From contig NC_135254.1 of NCBI RefSeq assembly GCF_964204865.1, positions 21,318,199-21,382,198 on the forward strand: a stretch of 64,000 nucleotides of DNA, read 5' to 3'. Position numbers and translations under genes: made by a program. Below the pieces are notes generated by a model. That model did not search any database, had not been told where the DNA came from, and saw nothing but the letters and a program-made list of their open reading frames with translations. The DNA comes from Styela clava. Lineage: Eukaryota. Positions 36,971-50,911 of the stretch are shown piece after piece; positions within the stretch are counted from its first letter, which is position 1; the number at the start of each line of letters is the position of its first letter.

Positions 36971-38111
36971 GTTCCCTCTAGAACAGTGGTTCTCAACCGG
37001 GGGCCCCCTAAGGGGGCCACGGAGCAGTTCCAGGGGGCCACGCTAATAATCATAAGGCGACTTCGTTTGCATAATTTCCTTCTAAAATCAAGTTCCCTGT
37101 TTTGGCGTTCACCGCATTTTCATTACCTAACTAGGTTATTTGCGATCACTGGGTATATTCACTTTCTTGTGCGTGATAATGTTTGGTCATAATGGAATTT
37201 GGAATCCACCAATAAAAGCAGTTCGCAGGTAGGCCATCTAACACCTGCAGACGGGCGGTTTCATCAGACTGCGAGATAACTTTCGCTATCGCATTGTAGA
37301 CGCAATATCTATCCCTTATGTAAATTCATAATGCCTAAAATACGAAAATGCAACGACAATCACGTTGGCTTTACCAAAGTAAATGTGTTCAATGCCTGCA
37401 TTACTCGTATGTACTGAGTAGTGAATCATTACGTTCACCTAAACTCCAAAAGTGAAGTGACAAAAATCATACGCAGGTGAAAGACTTTGTCACAACCGTA
37501 AATATATACTACTACGTCACAACCTATTTGTGCGAATCTGTTTTTTCTGATCTTGTCAGCATCAAAACCGCCTCAAGTTTAACCTGGTACAACCACCGTG
37601 TTCAGGTTGTGTGCCATCTTGGTGCACATACTTCTGGAGGTCCCCTAGATTTTAGAAACCTCATCAGACAATCCAAAGCGCAAGATACCCATTAGTTATA
37701 TACTAACGCATGGTTATTGTATAGTTAGTAGTATAGTTATTGTATACTACTTTTTTCATCGTGGTATACCCGTAAATATATATTACTGGTATACCTTTTA
37801 CAATTTTTCAAGAACTTTGTATACCTTACAAATACCAATGTTATTTAAGGCTTGAATAAACATTAATTTTTCATGTGCGCCGCATTGTTGTCTCAGCTTG
37901 AATATTTTAAAAATTTATAATTTTAGAGTTTAGAATCCCTGACTTAGGCTGTACACCCTTTATCAGTTGTATACCCAACTTATGGTCCAGTATACACTTG
38001 GGTATACCGTATACCCGGTTGAAGGCACTGGTTTAGGCGTCTACGCCGTCTAGTGTTTTTCAATTTTTCTTCTCCGGGAACGCTTTGCTTACACTTCGCT
38101 CGTTTCTTCCT

Positions 38112-39287
38112 TTAGAGCAGGGGTTCCAAACCTTTTTATCTCAATTTCCCACTTCCGATTAGGCTGAGTTATTATTCCCCATTACATATGGACTTATTTA
38201 AAAAGAATAATTTTCCTGTCAATAATATTTGGTATGAATTTCTATGATAAAGGCTTTCAATTGGTTTAGAAGTTGAAACCCCGTGAGAACATTCATTGCG
38301 CCGTCTAGCATCCCAAGACAGTGACGATTCGATTCATTGTTACCCATCGAATAGAACAATTCAACGCTTAAAATTACAAAAAACGCATCAAAGTTTACAT
38401 TACAACGTCCATATCAATTCTGCTGTTTTTTTTTTTTTTTATATGACAGACCGGAAGTCTGAATCTATTTATGAAAATGCACATTGCTATTGGACCGTTC
38501 ATCTTTGACGCCGCAGACTTACTCGGCAGAATATCATCACACTCCACGAGACAAAGTTTCATTTATGTCCCACCGATGTTATGAAACTTTTAGTTCTTGC
38601 TATTCGCAGGACATCTGCAAATGACGCAGTCAATATCACCGTTAAACGCATTTGAAATTACCCATGTTGTCGAATCTTATTCTGTTTTTATTTTACAATT
38701 TTTTTAGCAAACTGATAAGCAAATGGATATTTGAAATATGTTGCCTCATTTAATGGGGCTACATAGAACCAGTAGAAATGATCTTAGTGCAAAAAAGGCA
38801 TTGCGGCAGTTGCTCAAAAATTTTCGTTAAAAACGTGAAACGTAGCCGAGATGATTATGATCGTACTTTATTTTTACATAAGCCATTGCCTTTTATTAAC
38901 AATTTAGCAGAATGGAGGGACGGGCAAATATTTGTTCATCAGAGCGCGCGCCTACCCAATATTTCTGAAACATTTGAATAAAAACTGTTCTCTTTTGCGG
39001 CTCTGCAACGAAAATCTTCTTGCGTAACGTTTAAAGCTTTGGTGCCCGTTCGAGACATGCCTGCGAGGTTGTTATCGGTCGACCAAAGATCAAAATGAGT
39101 TGCGGAGCACGATCAGAATATCATGCCCATCAACGTGATATTTTACTAAAGTTTTAATTAATTGAATGGAAATCTTTTTCCGCTTCATGGCATATATTGT
39201 GATTTTCATTGTGTAATATTTAATAACTGTGTTGTTTAGAGGAGCATTCAATTTCCCACCTGAAACCTCCAGATTTCCCACTTCCCA
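38112..39287. mobile_element. Possible CAGGG-type TIR element (CAGGGGTTCCAAACC ... GGTTGGGAACCACT), uncertain
   Basis: Imperfect terminal inverted similarity. Subterminal ATTTCCCACTTCC occurs at both ends but in direct orientation. No clear TSD. Confidence 0.25.
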
Positions 39288-39925
39288 CCGGTTGGGAACC
39301 ACTTTGGTGTTTTCCTTTGTGTTACAACGGTGCAACGTCTATGCACTACAATATTGTCATTTGTACAATTGTAGGCTATTTTTGACCATACTACAGCATC
39401 GCACGCTCACAAACATACGTTGTAGCTCATATTTTTCCCTAATGGTTCCGCAGATAGCTGTTGAAACAATTTAAAAATATATATTTTTTTTTTTGGCGGC
39501 CATAATACAAACGTAAACGTGGGTGAATGCGCGCCTAATTGGATGTCAACTGGAATTCCAGCCCACCACCTTGCGTCAATTCTGGGCGGCTATTTAGAAA
39601 TTCTTACATGTCAATATGAAAAATAAAAAGCTTCGGCTTTCCCATAATTCCAGATATTTCTAGCCTCAAATTTACTATGTCGCGTGCGCAAATGGTAGAG
39701 AGATGCCACTCGTCGTCTTCTATACAATGCTTGCAATTTAGTAGTTCATGTAAATGTTCTAGAACGCTCCATGCTTTCCATTGCTCCCTTTTTGGAAAAA
39801 GGATTGCACGTAATAAACTCGATTTAAAAGAGGTATTGATGAGATTCCCCCTTGGGTTGATCCTACGCATGTTTCGTATTTATACACGCGAATCGAAAAC
39901 TTAAAAATATTGCGCTAACGCATAT

Positions 39926-39985
39926 TTTATTGTGTACCACATGTATACCAAAAATTTTATTGTGTACCACATGTATACCAAAAAG
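39926..39985 (+). repeat. 30-bp perfect tandem duplication (attttattgtgtaccacatgtataccaaaaa x2)
   Basis: Direct reading. Confidence 0.9.
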
Positions 39986-41029
39986 GATAGATAGTTTGAA
40001 GGCAACTGGCGAATCATTGTTATAAGCTATCAATAGTTTTTAACTTGCATTATATTATCTGGATAACTGTCGTCGTTTTTATTAGCAGTGTTTATAATAC
40101 ACACTAGTGATATTGTTACCTATCTAACCTTGAATTTCAACTAGTTAAGGTATGTAGTGAGATTTATAGGGGTAAAAGTACAAACAAAGGTGTAAATTAG
40201 TAAAAACAGGATGGATTATAGACTCGGTAAGAACGACGTGAACTCGAAATCGAATCCGAGTCCAAAAAATCCCTGGATCCGACCCGAATCCCGGCCCATC
40301 CCTAATAATTAGTAACCTTGCAGGAACTATATTATACTATCTACAACCCTTATACCACCACTCGAACATAAGACCATGCATGTATGATAAGGACATCACA
40401 GCTAGAAAAAGGTAAAAACACGAGCGTGAAGTGATAGAATGTGCGCGGTTATTTCAAGAAAATATCATCCGGGTATGACAGCTACCTATATATTTAAAAA
40501 ATATATACTCATGCATGTCACAATACCATTTCTTTGGTGCTGTACTAGGTCTGGCCAAGTCATAGCAAGATATAACAATATTATTTTAGCTGTTCAACAT
40601 TTTCATTAAAACAATAATGTGCAAGTGTGGAGTGTCTCAAGTTTTTGTCATCGAATACCACCAGTAGTAATTTTTAATATTTGGAAACTAAATGTTGAAG
40701 ATCAGTGGCGTAGCGAGACTCTCGTTTCCCCGAAACGCTTTTTTTTTTATTTTGTTAAAAAGCATAACATGTCGCTATTAATAGGCAATGGTAACCTAAA
40801 ATTTGCCGTTTATCTTGGTTAGGCCTACTTTAATTTTTTTCATACGTGCTCCCTCTTCTGCCCTTTTTCTGCGTTTCTATGCATCACCGAGAGGTTTTGC
40901 TTTGCTTTCGACATCATTCTGACAGCCTTCGTAATTTCGCCGGTGCGATCGAACCACAAGACGCCGAAAATCGACGACTCCCTGGCATTGTTACGTAACA
41001 AAAAATTATTTGAGCAGAACTAACATCTA

Positions 41030-41905
41030 CAGGGATGGCGAACCACTGACCCGCGGGTCACAAAGTGACCCACGTCGTTTTATTTGTGACCCACCAAGGC
41101 ACGAATGAAATGAAAAAATGCTAACATATCAGTGCTAAAAATTGATAAAACCGGGCTTAAATTATTAACTACTATAAACTATAACTAATATAATGTACCG
41201 TCAGTTGGGCAGTCAAGGCTGCGATCGCTCATATTCGAATTTATATTTCCGGGCCGGTATGATAATTTTCAAAACCCCTAATTTTGGACGCATGTCTGCA
41301 CCGCTTTGTACCGTTATTCAGCTATTGGCTCTGACATCGTTTATTATATAACAATGCAATTGATCTGGTAATTTTTCGCAACGCCTCGTCTCTTTTGGAA
41401 GTGCACCTGCATGCTTTTTTAGGGGTAATACGAGAACTAGATGCTACTTTGCATTTTATTAGTTTCTCATCTACAATGCCGCTGTAAAAACAAAATATTC
41501 CAGATTTGAAATAAAAACCTAGAAATCCAAAATACCAATGGGGCAGTGTAAAAGTGCCTTAATGTGGTTGGAAGCAGATCGAAAAATATAACACTATCAG
41601 AGTGGAATTCCCTCTAAACTATTTGGTACCGTAAATTAATTTTCCCCGTCATCCTAAACGTTTTTGGTAATTAATATGCGTGTTTTCGTACTCTCATTTC
41701 ATATAATCGAGTGCCATAAAAAGTCCCTAATGGAAATGCTGCATAATCCCAAAACTACACCAACACCAACAGAAGCTTACAAGATTTGTTACAGAAGTTT
41801 CTTATAGATACAAACATTGATTAAATATCTGTGACCCACTCTCTTCTGTTCCGCGATAAAAATATAATTTTTGACCCATTCATCGGAAAAGGTTCGCCAT
41901 CCCTG
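41030..41905. mobile_element. TIR MITE, ~876 bp (TIR CAGGGATGGCGAACC), same CAGGG...AACC terminus class as the 36300 element
   Basis: Perfect 15-bp TIRs. Subterminal GTGACCCAC repeats. The TSD is ambiguous: ATCTA is shared on both flanks, but no clean 8-mer. Confidence 0.6.
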
Positions 41906-42054
41906 ATCTATAAGATGTGCATTACTGGTTTTGCAGTACAACTTTTGGTTTTCCGACTGCTCGGGCCCTTTGCGGGACAACACTAAAAGGCTGAAGGAAG
42001 AAACAGATGAAGTGGAGGAAAAACGGAAGTTGAAGTGTTCCCAAAGGTGAAAAA

Positions 42055-43700
42055 TTGAAAAACACTAAAAGGCTGAACACTAAAACGAAGAAGTGGATGA
42101 AACTTATTCATACGAATAATGAGGTGGTTGAAGTCACTAAAAAGCTGAACACTAAAAGGAAGAAGTTGATGAAATTTCTTCCGACGAATAATGAGGTGGT
42201 TGAAGTCACTAAAAAGCTGAACACTAAAAGGAAGAAGTGGATGAAATTTCTTCCGACGAATAATGAGGTGCTTGAAGTCACTAAAAAGCTGAACACTAAA
42301 AGGAAGAAAGGGATGAAATTTCTTCCGACGAATAATGAGGTGCTTGAAGTCACTAAAAAGCTGAACACTAAAAGGAAGAAGTGGATGAAATTTCTTCCGA
42401 CGAATAATGAGGTGCTTGAAGTCACTAAAAAGCTGAACACTAAAAGGAAGAAGTTGATGAAATTTTTTCCGACGAATAATGAGGTGACTGAAGTCACTAA
42501 AAAGCTGAACACTAAAAGGAAGGAGTTGATGAAATTTCTTCCGACGAATAATGAGGTGGTTGAAGTCACTAAAAAGCTGAACACTAAAAGGAAGAAGTGG
42601 ATGAAATTTTCTCCGACGAATAATAAGGTGTTGAAGTCACTAAAAAGCTGAACACAAAAAGGAAGAAGTGGATGAAATTTCTTCCGACGAATAATGAGGT
42701 GGTTGAAGTCACTAAAAAGCTGAACACTAAAAGGAAGAAGTGGATGAAATTTTTTCCGACGAATAATGAGGTGGTTGAAGTCACTAAAAAGCTGAACACT
42801 AAAAGGAAGAAGTGGATGAAATTTCTTCCGACGAATAATGAGGTGGTTGAAGTCACTAAAAAGTTGAACACTAAAAGGAAGAAGTGGATGAAATTTCTTC
42901 CGACGAATAATAAGGTGGTTGAAGTCACTAAAAAGCTGAACACTAAAAGGAAGAAAGGGATGAAATTTCTTCCGACGAATAATGAGGTGGCTTAAGTCAC
43001 TAAAAAGCTGAACACTAAAAGGAAGAAGTGGATGAAATTTCTTCCGACGAATAATGAGGTGGTTGAAGTCACTAAAAAGCTGAACACTAAAAGGAAGAAG
43101 TGGATGAAATTTCTTCCGACGAATAATGAGGTGGTTGAAGTCACTAAAAAGCTGAACACTAAAAGGAAGAAGTGGATGAAATTTCTTCCGACGAATAATG
43201 AGGTGGTTGAAGTCACTAAAAAGCTGAACACTAAAAGGAAGAAGTGGATGAAATTTCTTCCGACGAATAATGAGGTGGTTGAAGTCACTAAAAAGCTGAA
43301 CACTAAAAGGAAGAAGTGGATGAAATTTCTTCCGACGGGTAGTTAGGTGGCTGAAGTCACTAGAAAGCTGAACACTAAAAGGAAGAAGTGGATGAAATTT
43401 TTTCCGACGAATAATGAGGTGGTTGAAGTCACTAAAAAGCTGAACACTAAAAGGAAGAAGTGGATGAAATTTCTTCCGACGAATAATGAGGTGGTTGAAG
43501 TCACTAAAAAGCTGAACACTAAAAGGAAGAAATGGATGAAATTTCTTCCGACGAATAATGAGGTGGCGGAGGTCACTGAAAAGCTGAACACTAACAGAAA
43601 GAAGTGGATGGAATTTCTTCCGACGGGTGGTGAGGTGGCTGAGGTCACTAAAAATCTAAACACTATAAGGAAGAAGTACGTTAGGGTTAGATGATATTTT
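42055..43700 (+). repeat. 72-bp tandem satellite array A (about 23 units; left arm of the foldback-like element)
   Basis: Unit ~tgaaatttcttccgacgaataatgaggtggttgaagtcactaaaaagctgaacactaaaaggaagaagtgga. The central units are highly homogenised, the edge units diverged. The 72 = 24-codon periodicity leaves long stop-free frames on both strands. Confidence 0.9.
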
Positions 43701-45917
43701 GTCCTATAGATTTTCAGGCGGTTGAAGTCACTAAAATACCGAACATTAGGAGAGTTAAATAGCCTAAACATATCCCGACGGAAGTGAGATTGGATGAAGA
43801 CCCTGAAAGCGGACTGATGAGTAGGAATGCCACTTTTAGATTTATGAATTGAATCGATTCAAATCGCAATTTTTTTCGAATCTGATTTACGCGATTCGAA
43901 AGAAAGAGAGTCGTTTAGCGAAGAAAAACAAACACTCCAAATAACACCAATTGCCAGACGGGAATGTAAATGAATTTTTCCTAATTTACTTTTATTGATC
44001 TACCTTCATTCATTTTCATGTTCAGCGCAACACACCCTGATCATCACTCGAGATGCTGACGTCCTCTGTGGGTAATTAATTTCCTTCAATCTGTCAGTTG
44101 GGTATTCCACTGTTTCTATCACACGCAAATTTAAATGGATCGTATACCCGAAAGTTCGTTGCAATTTTGTTAAAAATATGCAACAGCACACCTTCTCTGC
44201 GACTAAGTTATGGTACGCCTTGACATGAATTGATAAACGATCAGATACCGACTTCTAGAAAACATTTAATTTTGATTGAAATTTAATTTAAACTCCGTTG
44301 AAATTGAAATATTGGTACTACTGAAGTACGTGCACCAAGATGTCGCACAACCTGATCCCTCACTTCGCACACCAGTGATTTTCAACCTTTTTTGTATCGT
44401 GGAACACTTTTTTTATTTTAAAATTGTGACGGAACACCAAATGAGATTTTTGGAAATAAACTATATTATGCAATTAACTGACATCGATCATTTCGGAATA
44501 AAATAAATTAACGAAATTAATAATAGCTTGTCAACTTCAGCTGGAAAAGACGTTACACATATACCGATTCAGAGCTACCGATGAGCTAGGAACAGAAATG
44601 GTATTTTAATGTAATATCTGGGCCTGTTTCGATAAGTTTCAATATTTTATTCTGGCTGGAATTTAATTGAGAGAGACAAACACGCATCTCTTTCTCGATG
44701 ACTCTCAATTTTTCATGTTTTTTATACTCTTATGGCGGCCAAGAAAAGGGTGGGCAAAATCGAATATTTTTTCCGAATCAAATAATTCGAATATTCTTAA
44801 CAAATACCGAATAGTCCAATACCGAATATTTTTTATACGCAGCAGGGTCCAGAACGTCGGAGGTAGATTTGGAAATTAATAGAAACATTGAAAATCGGCA
44901 ACAAAGCGATTTTTACTGATTAATTTCGTCATAATCGCTGGTATTTTGTCCCCCTGAACGTTTTTAAATTCCCGCCATTTGTTCTTTTGCGCAACTATTA
45001 ATTCCTGTGGGTCGGCGGAGATCGAAGTTTCATATTATTGATATAACTATGAGTTCACATCGGCGACAGATTTTAATGACACCAAGGAGTGATTTCAAAG
45101 CCAAATTAATTGTATTCTGATATTCATCTTTTGCACCGACTCTGATCTAACTTATCGCCGTTTGCAAATTGAACGTCCCAGTTTTAAGCAAATAATATTA
45201 TCATTATCGTCAACGGGATGCACACATTTATTATTAAGACGACAATTGACTTTCTTAGGCTCAGTGTTATTTTCGAAATAATTCAATTTTATACTGTGAT
45301 TAGATAAATCTGTGGATAAATCTGTGAAGCTGTGATTGCGTGAATAAAGAATGTTGATTTAAAATCTGAAATAAAGGCATTTCTACGTTGTCGTTTGGCA
45401 GCACTCTTGAACGATATTTTACATACGCGACCTGATACCAAAAAAATTGTAAACAATTTTGTGCCCAAGTGCTTTTCGTACCTAGTAGAAGGGAAGACGC
45501 TAATTATAATTAATCATCTCAAGTCGCCATTTATTTTACAACAAATCAATACCCCGACCATTATCATAGCTAATGTCGTTACCGAGAAATTCATAAATTT
45601 ATTTACGGAATTTTCAAATTCAACACTCCACTTGACGATTTTGATGATGCCACGCCCTAATTAATACTGCAAGAAAAGCTTCAAAATGCAACGAATGTAA
45701 TCAATTCCGATGATGACTCCATCCATGGTCGAGTATAATGTTCACATTTTTGAAACATTATTTGGTCAAGGATGAAATGGATCACTAAAAATACACGCCG
45801 AGCTATTAGAAAGTCCATTAAAAGAAAGTATGGCCTGTCATTTCTTATCTGGTTATAAGTTTTTATACCGGCTTTTCAAAACTCTGACTCGCCATTTTCA
45901 AATCTATGCTATTTATA

Positions 45918-46149
45918 TGGTACTCCCGTGGTATGTGAACCAAGATGGCGGACACACGAACGTAGTATGTGTACCAAGTTAGGGTCAGGCCACAACTTCA
46001 GGTACAAATACTATAGGAGTCACCTGGCTAGTCCCGGAACTCGTAACAGAACTAAAATGAGGAAAATTGGAACAAAATTCTGGCCTAACCTGGTACACAT
46101 ACTACGTTCTGGTGTCCAACGTCTTGGTTCGCATATTACAGGAGTACCA
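45918..46149. mobile_element. ~230-bp MITE/SINE-like element with ~55-bp TIRs (GTACTCCYGTRRTATG.GAACCAAGA...GTAGTATGTGTACC)
   Basis: Long near-perfect terminal inverted repeats. Related copies at 3225-3460 and, split by an insertion, at 58850-58909 and 59857-60045. Confidence 0.7.
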
Positions 46150-47880
46150 ATTATATAACTCGAATTTTCTGACGACCTAAAATTGCCGTTTACACCATGT
46201 ATCGAAAACGTCTTTGTAACTCTTAATTTCCGAAAATGATTTTCTATTCGGGTCATGCATGCGGAGGCTAATAACATCTTTAAAATCTGGTAACTTTATT
46301 TTAGATATCTTATTTGGGTTAACGTTTCTACATTTACGGACTAGTGTCGGCACGCTTTTTGCAAAATAACAGTGGAACCGAGGGTGAATTCTCGCGTAAT
46401 CCAAGCGATCGATTTACCGGCGTGAATTCCGTGCCCAAGCAAAGCGGTACAGATTACGTGGTATTATACATACGAATAGTAAAATGGCATTCGAATATTT
46501 TAATATTGTATTCGCTATTCGAATATTTTGCCCAGCCCTAGACCGGCCATGCTTAAAAAGCTCATTTCGCAAAGATAGGTAGCGGAAAATGATAGCAAGA
46601 TTGGAAGCGCTTGTGAACCGCGCTTTGTGAAATTTATATAAATCCATCGGACGGTTAAATACCAGTTATGACGTCATAATACTGCAAAAAAACCAATTTT
46701 CCGCGGAACACCCGGAGGTCTCTCACACCAGTGTTCCGCAGAACACCGGTTGAAAATCACTGATCTATAGTATATGAAGGAATTTGCATACAATAAACAA
46801 TGAAATAACTGTTATCTACAACATGACTATATTACCATGCATTTCATGTTTGCAGATTACTGCGATATATTTTTATATACCATGAGTTACGTTATCAGAA
46901 TTAAATTAATAGGGCAAGCATTTAAAATAGTGCTATCGGTCATAGATTTGAACATTTTGCGCAACACAAAATCATCCTAGTAAAAGTCCATACTTTTAAC
47001 TACCAACCATTATCCAAATTATTTGCCAAAAAGCGGGATAAATTAAATTTCTGACTTGAGATAATTTTTTCGTGAGTACGTAAATACGAATGGATTTTTT
47101 TTATATTCGGGCACTTCAATGTCCGCATATATATCTTTTATTATTTTATAAATACGAAAAGATGTATCAAGAATTAATTATAATCGGGCAGTTTACCACA
47201 CATTTTAAGTCCATGGATCGCCGTTGTATTTTGTAAATACGAAAATAGGAATCAAAAATTAATAATAATCGCGCAGTTGACCACACATCTATGTACATAG
47301 ATTGCCGTGGTATTGTGCCCGAATATAATTAATTTTTGATTCCGTCTTTCATTCCTTGAACTTAATATCGGTTTTTATAAATTTTGCAAGCAGTTCACGC
47401 ACGAAGACTTTGAATAATGATGTATTAGTCAAATCGAAGTCCTGTTAGACCACTGGTTCTCAACCAATGGGCCACTGGTAAGCCTCAGAGGCATTTTGAG
47501 GTGGTCCACAAACATATTATAAATTACAAGGTTCGTTAATTGGAAAAATTGATTTGATAACAAAATCAGCTTCACGCGTCTTCAAAAACAAGATATCTAT
47601 TTGCAAAACATGCCTCGCCGTAACCACCCATTGTGGCGCAACATACCCATTTATACGGCAGGAACAGCTAGATATGAATATATATATAGTAATTTGTTTG
47701 CACATTACATCAAAATTTAAAAGAATATAACGAGAATGTCATGGCCTTCAATATTCGCCAGGCTCGAACTGAGCATAACATATGAAAAATTAACAAAAAA
47801 CGAATCCACGAGGACATTGTCTCATAAATACGAACAGAACAAACATTAAATTACCCAATTCCTAATATATTAAATTTTCA

Positions 47881-48025
47881 AGTATCCCTCACTATCCTTC
47901 GGAAGAAATTTCATCCACTTCTTCCTTTTAGTGTTCAGCTTTTTAGTGACTTCATCCACCTCACCAGCCGTCGGAAGAAATTTCATCCACTTCTTCCATT
48001 TAGTGTTCAGCTTTTTAGTGACTTT
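47881..48025 (-). repeat. 72-bp satellite array B (2 units, inverted orientation), abutting the LINE fragment
   Basis: Reverse complement of the array A unit. Ends with a 12-bp direct duplication tttttagtgac/tttttagtgact at the junction with the LINE. Confidence 0.85.
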
Positions 48026-48889
48026 TTAGTGACTGGAGCTTTAATTAAACTTTTTGCTGATGATACCAGCACTACGTCTGTTGCAAAAATCATGCCCGAC
48101 TTAGAAAACAGGGTTAATGCGGACCTGAAAAATATTTCTGATTGGCTAACTGAAAACAAGCTAACCGTAAATCCTAGAAAATCACAAGTCTTATTAATTA
48201 ACTGTAGTAAAAACCTTAAAAATTCTAACTTCACTCCAAAATTTATATTGAATGATTCAATATTGAATATCTGTGACTGCGTCAAGTATCTTGATATCAC
48301 CCTTGACAATAAGCTGAACTGGCATGTCCATATTGATCAACTTGCAGGTAAACTGTCTAGAGCCATAGGTGCTATGTCTAAACTAAGACTTTTTGTGCCA
48401 AAAAAGGTGCTTAGAACTGTTTATTTTGCCCTTTTTTACTCGCATCTACAATATGGAATTGTGGCATGGGGTTCTGCTTCTAAGACCTATCTGGATAAGA
48501 TCAGGGTGATTCAAAATCGTGCGTTGAGGTTGATGAGTGGCACACGTTTTCGTGAGAGACTGAGTCCCATCTATAAAAAGTTGAATATTCTCAAAGTTGA
48601 TGATTTATATAAATTTGAAATAACGAAGATCATGTTTCATTTCAAGCATGGTATGCTGCCTAAAATTTTTGACAGTTACTTCACTAATTGCAGTAAAGTC
48701 CATGAATACAACACTCGCCTTGCTGATAGAGGAGCATATTTTATCAATCGAACCAGTTCCAGTTCGGCCCGCAACTCCATTAAAATTACTGGTCCGAATA
48801 TTTGGAATAGTATTCCTGATGAGATCAGAGATTCTTCTTATAGATGTTTTAAACTTAGGTATATGAGGTATCTTATTGATAAATATTGA
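48026..48889 (+). mobile_element. 5'-truncated non-LTR retrotransposon (CR1/L2/Jockey-like) reverse-transcriptase C-terminal fragment
   Basis: ORF ...LFADDTS... (FADD equals the YxDD box), then the thumb region ...LRTVYFALFYSHLQYGIVAWGSASKTYLDKIRVIQNRALRLMSG... typical of the CR1/L2 clade. Stop at 48887-48889. The 3' UTR extends to an undefined point. Confidence 0.8.
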
Positions 48890-50911
48890 GTCTGGGAAAA
48901 AATGTTTTTGCATTTGTCGGAATCTTCACCCGTTATAGGTTTAAATTTCAATGCCTTAAGTTTCAAAAAGAACTATTTCATTTTAGATGTCATTAACTAT
49001 GACAGTCTTAAAGTATTTTTGGTATGCATCTTCGTCTTTACAAATATAAACTGATTAATAGCTCTTTTTTTCTCAGGGCCATCTTACGCGTCCTCTTGAT
49101 CTAATACGTCATCCATATAGCCCATTAATTGTAGATCTTGCCCTTTACATTTGTGCTCTGGGTCATGGTTTGTAACATCAATAAATTATATGCCAACTGT
49201 TATATATTCTACATTTGCACCCTTATTTTATGGTAATTACAGACTTCAGTGAATCCTATTTAATGCTCCCTAATAAGTCTGTGTTAAAATTCCTTTGTAC
49301 ATGTAGCATTTGTAACTTTGTATAGTTCATTTTGCCAATTATACTGTGTTTTGTGACAATGAAATCACTCGAATTTCATCTTCGCATGTAAATTTATTGC
49401 AAGTTAACAATTGCTATTATTACTTAATTCAATATCCACCCAAATGATACCATCTAATGGTATATTTTGACATTCCATTAAAATTGGAAATTTTTTCATG
49501 CATTAATTTTCATCAAATGTCTGGTTGCATCTGATATATTTGAAGATACTGAATTTGTTAATAAAACTAAATGACTGATTGGGATAATCATATTACTTTC
49601 AATTTGCCTTCCAGTAAACTCTTGAGTATTTGCTTATTTACAATTATGTTATATTACAGTATTATGGATAAGTTCCTCAACCCAATCATTTATAATATCT
49701 CCTTACTTCACATTTTACACAATTTTGCTGCACCAATTACTGTACAAATATTGCTATGTGTCTGGCACACTCATGCCCTTCATGTCTTATAATGGTTCAG
49801 CTTTTGTCTCTAGCAAGTTACAGTGGAGATAAAAGTTATTTGTCATTTCTTTGTTAATGATTATCAATATTGCCCATAAATTCTTTTGAAATATTAGTGG
49901 CGATGTTTTTGTCTGTAATAGCCACATCTATCATACATAACACATGTACTGATGATCATCTTTTGCTTTATACTGTATATTAGTTGCCCCAGATGCAAAT
50001 ATTTGAAAATGTCAAATATCTACCTTTTCTCAATTACCGTAGTCAAAAACTTTGATATCACTGTGTGCAAAAATGTATCAAGCATACAACCTCCCTGATT
50101 ACACAATTGGTATTTATTAAATAAAAATTCAAGTACTCTGCAGTGTTTCGTCATATGGTTAAGCCATCTTATCGGCTTTCCCCTCCCCCAGGATAAATAT
50201 GTAAATCCTATCCTGTTTTTGATATTCTGGTGGAATCTTCAAACATTTGACAATGCTAATAAGGCTAAGAATTAAAGTCCAAAATGCCCCTTACACTGAT
50301 CCCCTGTGTCCTTTTCTTTTGATTGAATATAAATTTTGTGAAAAGTATTTTTTTATTTTAATTTCAATGATAAAGAAGTTAGTTATATTACTAAGTTTCA
50401 ATAACTTCTTAGCTTGGTTGCAAATTTTCGCCATGTTGTTTGAAGCGCTTGATCCGCTGTATATACATTTTTTTCTTTATACATATATTTAAAATGTTTA
50501 CATAAAGAATTATTTATTATAGTTTAAAGCCGACTGATACTATTAGTGCAACTAAGTTTCCAAATATATATCATGTTGACTTCATTTTTCACCTTATTAT
50601 TCTTACCCGTTCAGGTTATATCGTGTTTATTTTGAGTCCCAATTCATTATTAGGTATAATCTGTTTACATTTATATTATTTTTTGTTCCTAAAGTTTGTA
50701 AAAATATTACTGGTCTAACTTTTTCATTAAGTCATCTCAAAATTTGAATCTTATTCATACAAGCGAAATAGGTGGGAGTTGACCTCGATGACCGCATGGT
50801 CGTATCGCTCCCTCCTGTCCATACTAAAACAATTTTATTGTTGCTACTTTTTTACTGTATTGATGACTGCAATTTTTTTGGTTGACACATTAATAAATCT
50901 CTCTCTCTCTC

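Noticed and set aside
36970..37030. CAGTGGTTCTCAACC terminus (also at 47447) resembling Tc1/MITE ends
   Set aside because: These are only single left-type ends. No inverted partner or TA/TSD was found in the window. They are probably truncated relics and are not called as elements.
42055..43694. Long ORFs (100-200 aa) on both strands through the 72-bp arrays, and similar ORFs at 50779-51978
   Set aside because: They arise from the 24-codon periodicity of a tandem repeat. Both strands are open, and there is no start context or splice signal. The protein would be a pure low-complexity repeat. These are treated as satellite, not CDS.
44741..46546. Possible 1.8-kb hAT-like element with ends AGGGTGGGCAAAAT / ATTTTGCCCAGCCCTA
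   Set aside because: The termini are only approximately inverted and the flanking 8-mers (ccaagaaa versus gaccggcc) do not match. It could be two unrelated fragments of the TTCGAATATTC-containing family.
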